From the NCBI RefSeq assembly GCF_001194135.2, contig NC_068982.1, positions 183,650,102 through 183,688,701 of the forward strand: a stretch of DNA of 38,600 bases, in the 5' to 3' direction. The notes below the pieces were generated by a model. The model was not told the origin of the DNA, did no database searches, and saw only the letters and a program-made list of their open reading frames with translations. This stretch comes from Octopus bimaculoides (Eukaryota). Of the stretch, positions 1 through 11,417 are shown in pieces; the stretch's first letter is position 1; every line of letters starts with the position of its first letter. Position numbers and translations under genes: made by a program.

Positions 1-1620
1 ATATATGTTTGTTTGTTTTTTTTTAATTTTTGTTTGGCATGGTTAATCTATAGTATAAGATGACACAAGAGTTGCGATGTTTTGTTTAACCAGACAAGAG
101 GGTGCTGCTTTGAGAGAAAAGAGAGGGCTGTTGTTGTTTCGAAAAAATAGATAGAAAGTGATAGACAGATAGACAGATAGACAGATACATATAGAGAGGA
201 AGAGAGAGAGGGGGGAGGGAGAGAGAGAGACAGAAAGCACGGGGAGACGTGTGTTTGAAGCTTCTATAATGCTAATGTTCTTCTATATGTAAGGTACATT
301 GTTAGAATGAGGCGTTCTCCCACGGGGATTGAGAAGCATTCATGGCCCGCAGTAGACAACCGATTTAGGCATTCCCCTGCGGTGTTAAATGCGCGCTAAT
401 GCACATGCACTCGTATATGCACACCTACACGAGACTACACTATGCCTTAATAGCTACATGCATATTTACATATATACGTACAACACGCACACGCACGCAC
501 GCTCACACATACACGCACACATATACATACATGCACACACACACTCGCACACACATATACATACACACACGAGCATACACACACATACACGTACATAAGT
601 TCTTTTACCCAAACATACGCATACGCATATGCGCACTTAGGTATATATACACATATATATGTGTATATATATATATATAATATATATATATATATANNNN
701 NNNNNNNNNNNNNNNNNNNNNNNNNNNNNNNNNNNNNNNNNNNNNNNNNNNNNNNNNNNNNNNNNNNNNNNNNNNNNNNNNNNNNNNNNNNNNNNNNNNN
801 NNNNNNNNNNNNNNNNNNNNNNNNNNNNNNNNNNNNNNNNNNNNNNNNNNNNNNNNNNNNNNNNNNNNNNNNNNNNNNNNNNNNNNNNNNNNNNNNNNNN
901 NNNNNNNNNNNNNNNNNNNNNNNNNNNNNNNNNNNNNNNNNNNNNNNNNNNNNNNNNNNNNNNNNNNNNNNNNNNNNNNNNNNNNNNNNNNNNNNNNNNN
1001 NNNNNNNNNNNNNNNNNNNNNNNNNNNNNNNNNNNNNNNNNNNNNNNNNNNNNNNNNNNNNNNNNNNNNNNNNNNNNNNNNNNNNNNNNNNNNNNNNNNN
1101 NNNNNNNNNNNNNNNNNNNNNNNNNNNNNNNNNNNNNNNNNNNNNNNNNNNNNNNNNNNNNNNNNNNNNNNNNNNNNNNNNNNNNNNNNNNNNNNNNNNN
1201 NNNNNNNNNNNNNNNNNNNNNNNNNNNNNNNNNNNNNNNNNNNNNNNNNNNNNNNNNNNNNNNNNNNNNNNNNNNNNNNNNNNNNNNNNNNNNNNNNNNN
1301 NNNNNNNNNNNNNNNNNNNNNNNNNNNNNNNNNNNNNNNNNNNNNNNNNNNNNNNNNNNNNNNNNNNNNNNNNNNNNNNNNNNNNNNNNNNNNNNNNNNN
1401 NNNNNNNNNNNNNNNNNNNNNNNNNNNNNNNNNNNNNNNNNNNNNNNNNNNNNNNNNNNNNNNNNNNNNNNNNNNNNNNNNNNNNNNNNNNNNNNNNNNN
1501 NNNNNNNNNNNNNNNNNNNNNNNNNNNNNNNNNNNNNNNNNNNNNNNNNNNNNNNNNNNNNNNNNNNNNNNNNNNNNNNNNNNNNNNNNNNNNNNNNNNN
1601 NNNNNNNNNNNNNNNNTATA

Positions 1621-1661
<41 letters not shown>

Positions 1662-2231
1662 GTATGTAGGTATGTATGTATGTATGTATGTACATTTATA
1701 TTTTGCTGAAACATCATCAGAAAACTGCTTCTCTGGCAAGAAACATGAATACATATATGTGTGTGTGTGTGTGTTTGTGTGTGTATTTGTGTGTGTATAT
1801 AAATATAGATATATGTACGTATGTGATGGAGGTTGATACTTATACGCTATCTAACATTCATGTTTCAATAATTCCTGTACATGGCAATAAAAACACACGC
1901 ACACAGACATATACACACAAAACTTGTATATACATACATATTTACATGCATATATTATGCATATATATATATATATACACATATATCCCCACAATATTTA
2001 ATGGTCTTAGCGCTGAATGTTGGGGTCATCCAGATTTGAACAGTCTTCCAGTGTAACTGGCCGAAATTGTAAGGATAATCTGGAAACTTGACTGATGAGA
2101 GAAGGCTGCGAATGACGCCGTCCTTGACTTTTGCTCTCCGTCTGTTAATTTTTCCTGTCCGTCTTTGTATCATCTATCTGTCCGGATTTTTCATTGTCGT
2201 CTGTTGCGTTCTCGTTCCTTTTTGGGGATGT

Positions 2232-2232
2232 G

Positions 2233-2322
<90 letters not shown>

Positions 2323-2402
2323 TGCATGTATAAATACATACATACATACATACATACATACATACATACATACATACATACATACATACATGCATGCATG
2401 CA
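2232..2402. repeat. Compound tetranucleotide microsatellite (TAGA)n-(TACA)n-(TGCA)n
   Basis: Directly visible. Confidence 0.97.
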
Positions 2403-2759
2403 TAGATACATACGTACATACGTACGTAGATAGATACATACAAACATACAGACATACATGCATGAATAATAGTGTACAGGCATATAAAATATCTACCGAT
2501 ATGTATACATGCATCACATATGAATGGATTCACTGTTTTCATATATCAGTGGCGGCAGATTTCGTCTTATCATGCGCTTGACTGTGATTACATACCGCCG
2601 GTGGAGTAAGAAAGATCTAGCCATTTTACGACCGGGTCCCTGACGATTTCTTTCTGTGTCTGATATATATCGTGTTTTTAAACGCAGCACGTCTATAAGA
2701 AGTATTATCTCCGGACGAATACCATAGTAAATTTGATCTTCACGATGTATTGGCATTAA

Positions 2760-2982
2760 CCCATTAAGTCCCAGAGTACTTAAATATCTGAATATTACTT
2801 TTAAATTTTTACAAACGATTGAAAATAAATTGAAATGAAAAAAATAATTATTAAAACTCCTTTACTTCAAGTAGAAATGGAAATACTCGGTGTCCTATAA
2901 ATAGGACACTGAGACAATGTAATATAGCTTATTTAATGTTCTCATTTAATGTCCTATTTATAGGACAGTGGGATTTAATAGG
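2760..2982. mobile_element. piggyBac-like MITE
   Basis: TTAA at 2756-2759 and 2983-2986. TIRs CCCATTAAGTCCCA / TGGGATTTAATAGG (12/14 match). Two internal palindromes at 2890-2909 and 2950-2967. Confidence 0.72.
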
Positions 2983-3380
2983 TTAAGTACTATATGCAGA
3001 TGGCCATATATATTCAAAAATTTTGTACCATTCAAAAAATTCATTACTATTTACGTTATTCTAGGGTTCATACACAGTCATAGAAGAATTTCAATGTGAT
3101 ATTGGACAGTGTTAAACGGGAGTGATACGGCTTATCTGAGTAGCTACGAGGTTGTCTGTAATTCTCTTGAGATAGGTGGGGCGGTAATAATGTTAGTTCA
3201 TGCAGTAAAACGTTTCTAGCTACTGTTTTTGATTGACACATAGGGCAGAACCCATTTGGTGTATTTAGTAGAAAGATTAACTAACAAGCGACAGATGAGT
3301 AGTTCGACTTCCTAGGGTGAAATCGTTCTCGTTTTCACGTTTTATACCACAGACAGTAGTTGTAAATGTCTTTCTCTCAC

Positions 3381-3500
<120 letters not shown>

Positions 3501-3865
3501 GGACGTGTGTGTAAATGCATGCGTGTTGATGTAACTTCGTACGTCCAATACACTTGTATAAAATGATTTAGTTCTCATGAGGAACGTACTGCATCGAGTA
3601 ACTTGAATTAAAAACAGTTTGAAAGCCCACCTTCGAATAAACAATCACACATATGAATAGGCGCATGCGCATATATTTGCATGTGTCTACATTAGTTCTA
3701 CGAAGGTAAGTAGTGTCCTCCCGCCACACTAGTGAGGTTGGTGTATTTATTTCTCAGTTTTTGAGCTTCTACAGATTAATGTGTGAAGAGAGAACATCGA
3801 CGCGGTGAATAGAAAACGGGTAGCTAAAGTACTGTGTGTAAGCTTTCTTAAGTGAAAACATTTTT

Positions 3866-4060
3866 GGAGATATTCGTAGCAGAATCGTTATCACGCCGGG
3901 CGAAATGCTTAGCGGTATTTCGTCTGTCTTTATGTTTTGAGTTCAAATTCCGCCGAAGTCGACTTTGCCTTTCATCTTTTCGGGATCGATAAATTAAGTA
4001 CCAGTTGCGTACTGGGGTCGATCTAGTCAACTGACCCCCTTTCCCAAACTTTCGGACCTT

Positions 4061-4063
<3 letters not shown>
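3866..4063 (+). mobile_element. tRNA-derived SINE family 2
   Basis: GCAGAATCGTTATCACGCCGGGCGAAATGCTTAGCGGTATTTCGTCTGTC..GAGTTCAAATTCCGCCG..TCGATAAATTAAGTACCAGT matches 37711-37923. Confidence 0.87.
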
Positions 4064-4092
<29 letters not shown>

Positions 4093-4098
4093 ACATAC

Positions 4099-5688
4099 AT
4101 GATAGTCAAGTGAGGAAAGATTGTCAACCAGACAGAGAACATGTACATCAATGGCGTGTCTATTTCTTCTATCTCTAATGTTGAAAACTATAAGTATCTC
4201 GTAATCGATAAGAATGTTGCATATGTTGGTGCTGTGACTAAAGCCAGAATAACAGAAGTGTACCTCTGTAGACTCTGGAAAATATGGAACTCAGAGTTGT
4301 CAGCATTTAACAAGACCATATCTCACAATGCTTTTGCAGTACCAATGCTAGTACCAACATTTGGGATAATGGACTGGACACTTGACAAGATCCGCAGCCG
4401 AAACATCAAAACTAGAAAAAATGTAGTGATCACCACCGGCAACTTCTTCATCAACAGAGACACCGATAGGAGCCGTGTGAAACGAAAAGATGGCGGTACA
4501 GGAATAAGGTCAGTCCAAACAGCCTTTGAATGTATCATTCAGACAATACATGCAGAGCAGTAAAGAAAGAAATGAATATATTACATACATACTCGAAAGC
4601 GAGAGCAACATCTTCAGAGATGAAGAACTACTGAACAAGTACTCTGAAAATGTGTCTCGTGCAACCCAAAGCTGGCTGGACTGGTCTACATTAACAGAAA
4701 CTTGGAGGAGAAGCAGGTATCATGTCAGCAAAAACCAATGCATGGGTACATATACCGTAAGCTAAAAGTTAACAACCGCAGTGGCAGATGGAATAGCCCC
4801 TTCCGGGCCTGTGGCAGATACATTACATCCTATCTAGAAAGATACGCTTTCGCTAAGACGAGGTAACTACTAAATACCAGAAATGCAAGAGAGATAAATA
4901 TACCACTAAACCTCCACGTTGCGATAGAAAATGTCGGCTCTGCTATATCAATATGGAAGATATCACACACATCATCATCAGCTGATCCAAAATATCTACG
5001 AGATTCTATCTTGCTCTGAGGTATGGTATGTTTGCAAAGACTATTTACAACGCTATTCAGCAGGAAGGATTGCCCTGACGTATACATCAAAGGCATGTCA
5101 GAACCAGCAGGTATTCACATCTCTAAAGGAAAGAATACTGATGGAACACTCCAATAAAAACATAATTTCGGTGCAAATATGACAGAACTGATATTGTTCT
5201 GTGGGAAAGGGAATAAAAGTCATGCACCGTTGTAGAGGTTAGTCGCCCAGCGGATGTGAATGTACCATCAAAAGTTCAGGAAAAAGAGAACATCTATGAC
5301 GAATTAAAGCGGAACTTACAGCTTTCGTACCCTGACTATAAATTCTCATTTGTACCTATCAAGATCGGTGCAGGAGGCTATGTACCTACAAATTTACACA
5401 AAAACTTAGAAATACCTGCTTTCACGAAGAAACAACAAGAAAAATTGACGCGGCTTCTTCAAGACTATCTATTAACGGCGCAGTGGAGATTTGCAAGACA
5501 TTTCAAAGATTCTTCATCTGAGATTCTTTTGGTGAATAGATGTACACCTTTGGGTTTTTGCATAGACAGCTCACCTAGCATACCAACTCAACCACATATT
5601 TACAAACACCGGGAACTCTCTTACCCCAGAAAGTACTGTCACTTTGTTAGCGACCAGCTTGAACCTTCTTATGAAGAACTTAAATACT
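4099..5688 (+). mobile_element. 5'-truncated, decayed non-LTR retrotransposon, R4/Dong-like with RLE (family A)
   Basis: Frameshifted translation gives the RT C-terminal motifs ENYKYL, NKTISHNAFAVP..PTFGIMDW and KRKDGGTGI. It then gives CCHC knuckle CRLC-x8-H-x4-(TGA stop replacing Cys) at ~4933-4986 and RLE motif RTDIVLWERE*KSCTVVEVSRPAD at ~5183-5255. The ORF ends near 5520 and a ~170-nt 3' UTR runs into (CA)n at ~5689. Confidence 0.88.
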
Positions 5689-6746
5689 ACACACACACAC
5701 ACACATACACACGCACGCACGCACATACATACATGCATACATACATACATACATATAACGAATGCTTTCTGTCATTTCCTTATCGTATCACCTGTGATGA
5801 AATCTTGTACTGCACTCTCATAAAAAAAAACCGTACTGCAGTTAAGCTTGAAAGAATGTGAAGTAAAGCTGTAAAAGTAAAAAAAAAACAAAAATTGTTC
5901 CATACAACTAATCGATTCTGCCTCACAAGCTGTCCTCTTGCTTCCAGACAAACAGTTTTACCTTTACAGCTTATCAATTTTTATAGAATTCTCATTTGGG
6001 GCTGGTTCTAGTTGCCACCAAGAAACTGTTCTGCCTTTAATGGAAGTAGAGATTTATCTTGTACTGATTTTATATTCGAATTTATTGTTCAGATGCGCAC
6101 CACTGGTCACTCTGTTCTATTCCTCTTACCTTGTTTTCGTTTCGTTTATACAAAATACCTAGGCCATAAATGAGCTCTACTCTTTTTTGTATTTCCAAGT
6201 ATCTCGTTCTGCTGGAGTTAACGTTAGGAAACTGTTGTGCTTAAGACGCCTATTGCGAAAGAAACACGTATAGCAAGCCATCTCTGATCTTCAGACAACC
6301 AGAACGTCTTTACTTAAAGGCATGTCAAATTTTTAGGGAATTTTTGGTTCTTGAAAATATCTCTCCTTCTTTGGTCTCAATTGCCAGCAGGTGATTGATC
6401 TACCTTCCCTGGAAGTGGGAATAATTTCAATAAATCAAGAATTTATCTCGTTTGACATTTAATATTTTGTTATTTCTTTTATTTGCAGAAATACCTGTCA
6501 ATGGTCTTTTAGAGTTATTCCTCTTTACTCACTTTTGTTAGGGTTCGATTCTCTGTAACCGCCTGCAGGAAACATTTTTCCGTCTGCTATGAGTATTATA
6601 TTTACCTAATTTCCTAGGTAGTTTTCACAGCTATCTCCCGTTCGAAATTTACTTTATTTTCTGTAACATAAGATACATATATGTGCATGTGTGTGTGTGT
6701 GTGTGTGTGTATGATGTATGTATGCATGTGTGTGTATATATATATA

Positions 6747-7189
6747 TTGGATTGGTAAAATGTTTGTTCGGTTTTTAAGCAAGAATAAGGCATAAGTTTT
6801 AAATACAACGTGATTTATTCAATCAATCATATAATAACCGTTTCTTACCAATATCTTCTGCCATTTTGTGAGCAGATCCATTATTCCCTGCTCAAAAAAT
6901 TTCCTGTCTTTACTGGCGAAAACTCTTCCACGTGAATTGTTACATCCCCTTCAGAATTGAAGAGCCATCCATTAAATGAATTTTGAAGAGACCAAACGAG
7001 GTGGATATCTGAAACGCAAGGTCGGACGAATATGGAGAGTGCAGGAAAACGTCCCTTTCCAATCCCACCAAACCGAAAACATAACTTTACATGAAGTCCT
7101 ACTTTGGCAGTTGTTCGCGATAGGTCGCTGCGCTGTCCCCATGATCGTTTACGCTTCAAATTGTTTCAGACAATCCATCTTTCGTCCCC
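6747..7189 (-). mobile_element. Internally deleted mariner (DD34D-type) transposon, 3' part with TIR
   Basis: Minus-strand translation: GDERWIV*NNLKRKRSW (TGDEKW motif), VWWDWKG, PYSSDLA/SDIHL (YSPDLAPSD motif) and FASKDRKFFEQGIMDLLTKWQKILVRNGYYMID* (stop at 6819-6821). TIR-like TA|TTGGATTGGTAAAATGTTTGTTCGGTTTTT at 6747-6776. The HDNA-containing segment is missing. Confidence 0.9.
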
Positions 7190-7717
7190 CTTGACCCACC
7201 TCGCCTGTGTAAGGGAACTCGCTTAATTGTTACTTCCATGAAGGCCCATGTCCTACAGGCAACAATCATAACAGGTAGTAACAAAGAAGAAAATGTTTTC
7301 ATTCCAAAATTTCCTCTCATACCTACAGATGCTCCCTTTGAATTTAAGAGACTTCAGTTTCCAGTCAAACTAAGTTTTGATATTTCATTTAACAAATCTC
7401 AAGGTCAATCCCTCAAGGTAGTTGGACTTCATCTCTCTTCTACATGTTTCTCCCACAGCCAACTTTATGTTGGTTGCTCACAAGCTGGAAGCAGCAACAA
7501 TTTATTCATTTGGACACCAACAAAAAATTACACAATGAATATTGTTTACCCTGAAGTGTTCAAAATTGACATATTTTCAGTTCTAGGTTCTATTATCATT
7601 ACAATTTGGATATTCTTTAATAAAATATATATGTTTTGAAATAATTATGTGAAAAAAAATATCTTCATATTTATTGTTTACTAATCTGAATAAGAACAGC
7701 AGTAACCCGGGCAACAC

Positions 7718-7720
<3 letters not shown>
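7190..7720 (+). mobile_element. Helitron 3' end: RepHel PIF1-like helicase C-terminus plus subterminal hairpin
   Basis: In-frame from 7190: LDPPRLCKGTRL..VFIPKFPLIP..FKRLQFPVKLSF..NKSQGQSL..CFSHSQLYVGCS..NIVYPEVF, typical of the Helitron helicase C-terminus. Hairpin CCGG-GCAACA-CCGG at 7707-7720. The terminal CTRR is not visible and is replaced by (AT)n. Confidence 0.9.
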
Positions 7721-7754
<34 letters not shown>

Positions 7755-7831
7755 CCGTTGACTGAACACTATTCAATCAATTTTTTTTCTCCCAATTTTT
7801 TTTCTCCGCGTTTTTCTCCTTGTCTCCGTAT

Positions 7832-7868
7832 TCTTTCTGTTGAAGTGCGTAGCTCGAAACGTCAAAGA
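7832..7868 (+). ncRNA. Minimal type I hammerhead-ribozyme-like motif (decayed or variant)
   Basis: TCTTT-CTGTTGA-A-GTGC/GTA/GCTC-GAAA-CG-TC-AAAGA. Stem I TCTTT:AAAGA, stem II with one T-T mismatch, palindromic ACGT stem/loop III, GUC triplet. The core has U where A6 is expected. Confidence 0.5.
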
Positions 7869-7983
7869 CTTTCCGTATTCCCGAGCGTCATACTAATATA
7901 TACTTTTGTTATTTACACCACCTGTCCTCGTCTGTTGTTATTATTTGTATCGTGCAGTTACTGTTAATACTTCATTTAGAGAA

Positions 7984-8021
<38 letters not shown>

Positions 8022-8166
8022 NNNNNNNNNNNNNNNNNNNNNNNNNNNNNNNNNNNNNNNNNNNNNNNNNNNNNNNNNNNNNNNNNNNNNNNNNNNNNNN
8101 NNNNNNNNNNNNNNNNNNNNNNNNNNNNNNNNNNNNNNNNNNNNNNNNNNNNNNNNNNNNNNNNNN

Positions 8167-8245
<79 letters not shown>

Positions 8246-8276
8246 TATGCATATATGTGCCTATATATATATGTAC

Positions 8277-8308
<32 letters not shown>

Positions 8309-9553
8309 CAGTGTGTGTGTATGTATAGGTGCTAGTATGTGCATGGTTTTACAAAAGGAGAAAGAGAGCTCAATACGTAAAGCAGAATATGCAGTATTTA
8401 ATCTATTATTGACAGACATTATGACAGACGTTACTCAAGGGTCTAGAGTTTTGTAGCAAAGCATTTGAAATACACACACATATAGGCGCACACACACAAG
8501 CACATAAACGTTCACATGTATACGCACATACATTCGCGCGCGCGCGCACACATATATAAATATATATGCACACAACATATAAATGTGTGTTACACACAGA
8601 CATACGTATATATAGAGAGAGAGAAGGGAGGGAGGGGGGAGAGAGGGAGAGAGAGAGAGAGAAGCATGCATATATATACATGAACATAATCGCACACATA
8701 TATAGCAACATGCATACATACGTATCTGACGCGTGTATGCGTATACATCTATCAGTTTATCTATGTGTCTATCTATCAATAATCTACGTATATGCCTGGT
8801 TTCCATCTAAGTTAGTCATTGAACGTGTATTCCTATACATCAGTCAGTTCGTCTATGTGTCTGTGACTATATGTCATTCTCTATCTGTTTGTGTGTCACA
8901 ATTCTCACAACATCGCTATCAGGAAATTAACCACAATAACCTCTGACATCTCTCACTAAACAGATTGGATCTTTCTTCAACAACAGAGGGACTTAGTCAC
9001 GTCTTCCGTACACGCTCACACGCATGCTTACACGCACGTCCACTTTTAATCATACACGCATACTCAAATGCATGCTCATTTTGTACACGTAAATAAATAA
9101 ATACATACATACATACACACATGGATAAGAACAAATGCACTCGTACATAGACACACATACGGGCGTAAACATATGTACGCCTATACACACATACAACAAT
9201 GAAAACATAATTATGCAGATGAACATATATACAATAATGCAAATGTATTAATAAATATGGATACATAACCACACACAAATACATGTACACAATCGCATCC
9301 GCATATACACTCATATACACATTCACAGATTTTTACGTACAAAGGCACGCATATACATTCATACATTTATATATTTACAAGACGGAATCACAAAGTTCCC
9401 ATACTAGTTCTGTACGCGACTATGGATGTCAGTAACGGTTGCACGCGCAGGGAAAGCTAGCGGTCTCCTTCATGAGGCGATGTGCCGACTGATGTCGTTG
9501 TGTTTACTTCATAAGTAGTGAAATCTGTGTTCTTGTGATCACTGTATGTGTTG

Positions 9554-9676
9554 GGCAAAAGAGACCGATTGAATAAGTACTAGGCTTACAAAGAATAAGT
9601 CCTGGGGTTGTTTTGTTTGACTAAAGGCGGTGCTCCACCATGGCCTCAGTCAAATGACTGAAACAAGTAAAAGAAT
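9554..9676 (+). mobile_element. SINE family 1, 3' fragment
   Basis: GGCAAAAGAGACCGATTGAATAAGTACTAGGCTTA..GTCCTGGGGT..ACTAAAGGCGG..CTCCACCATGGCC..GACTGAAACAAGTAAAAGA is the reverse complement of ~16820-16945. Confidence 0.85.
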
Positions 9677-9875
9677 ATACATATATATGTAGCAAGTATA
9701 GGATCTTGTTCAAAACGAGGGCACCAGTTTTCATTATTGTTTTATGTAGTGTTTTTGGTACCGAAAGACTTTCAAACTTCGTAGACTTATCTATTTTGTG
9801 TTATAGAACAGAAAAAAAATTTTGTATTCGAATTTATTTCATGTAAAAAATTATCTTATTTCGATTATTTCTACT

Positions 9876-10227
9876 AATCACTGACGTCTATTCAGTTGAA
9901 AACAGTTANNNNNNNNNNNNNNNNNNNNNNNNNNNNNNNNNNNNNNNNNNNNNNNNNNNNNNNNNNNNNNNNNNNNNNNNNNNNNNNNNNNNNNNNNNNN
10001 NNNNNNNNNNNNNNNNNNNNNNNNNNNNNNNNNNNNNNNNNNNNNNNNNNNNNNNNNNNNNNNNNNNNNNNNNNNNNNNNNNNNNATAGATACGCACAGC
10101 GTAATTTATTATATAAACAATATATGCGTATAAATTACGATTAAACCGGATGAAATATGTCACAGGGAATAACATTTTTATGACCGGAGGGCAGTAACTC
10201 TATTCAGCTGAATAGACGTCAGTGATT
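9876..10227. repeat. 33-bp inverted repeat flanking a gap, possible MITE
   Basis: AATCACTGACGTCTATTCAGTTGAAAACAGTTA (9876-9908) versus the reverse complement of 10195-10227: 30/33 identical. Confidence 0.6.
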
Positions 10228-10463
10228 GGTTGAAATTACAGAAATACGACAACTTTAACATGGAATAACTTGCGATGTAGGTTTTTTTGTTAAAAAGACT
10301 AAGAGTAAAAGATGTTTTATATGACACATTCTACCAGTGTCCCAAGTTTCAAAGTGTTTCGTTAAGAAAATACTGTGGCCCCCTTTTGAACAAGATCCCA
10401 AGTATGTGTTTATAGTTTGCCAGTTTACTGTTAAATAGACTCGTATGTCGTACTTTTCCAAGT

Positions 10464-10670
10464 GGTCACATGACCTGGTCAGGTGATGGTCGAGTCCTAG
10501 CTTTACGCGGGTTTGTTCATCCCATCACGTGACAGACCATGCCGAGCGCGGGTAATTTATGTCTATTTGCTAGAAGCACATCATCAGCTATATAAGGAGA
10601 GGTCTTCCCGCTATTTCTTTAGTGAGGTCAAGTTCGGATTTCGGCAGAGAGCAAGTTTTATTTCACAGGT
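10464..10670 (+). promoter_or_regulatory. Candidate Pol II core promoter (E-boxes, TATA, Inr)
   Basis: GTCACATGAC at 10465-10474, ATCACGTGAC at 10524-10533, TATATAAG at 10589-10596 and TTAGTG with A at 10621 (30-32 nt after TATA), in a CpG-richer, non-microsatellite block. Confidence 0.4.
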
Positions 10671-11417
10671 AGCTTTCAACGCGTACGTCTGATTCTGTCC
10701 TCCAGCAGATGTTATGTCACGTATTCGTTTTCCTGTTCTATTCAGTTCTATTCAAGTACCAACTGCACGAGAAACCATGTATATATTTTCCAACAGTATA
10801 TTTCAAGACGTATCTCAACAACGTTACCGGGTTAATGCTCTTTAACGGGTTCAATATATCGTGGCATTTAATCTTCATGCTTTTCTGTTTCTTCCTTTAT
10901 ATACACACGTATATTAGAGCTCAAAACAGCGTAATTCATCAATTTTCTCGTCTGGCCGTAAAGCCTTTTCTGTTTGTTTTCCTGTCTTGTTTTTTGTCCG
11001 CCACTACATTCCTCCATGGCTAGATTTAATTTGCGTATACAAATTTAATCTGCGATCCATGGGACGAGCCGTTTTAACGATGCGTCCTGCTCGAAGCTCG
11101 TCGAAACGCCGGTGTTAAAACGTGGGTAGCTGATGAAGTAGAATGTTCTCTATGTGGCTCGTGTGTTTTCTCGTCTACGTTTGTTTGCAATGTCCTGTAC
11201 CCAGATATGCACCTATACATACAGGTGGATGTCGGTATGCACATACCTGTACGTATATATGCATATACTCATTTACTATTTGTTTATATATATANNNNNN
11301 NNNNNNNNNNNNNNNNNNNNNNNNNNNNNNNNNNNNNNNNNNNNNNNNNNNNNNNNNNNNNNNNNNNNNNNNNNNNNNNNNNNNNNNNNNNNNNNNNNNN
11401 NNNNNNNNNNNNNNNAG

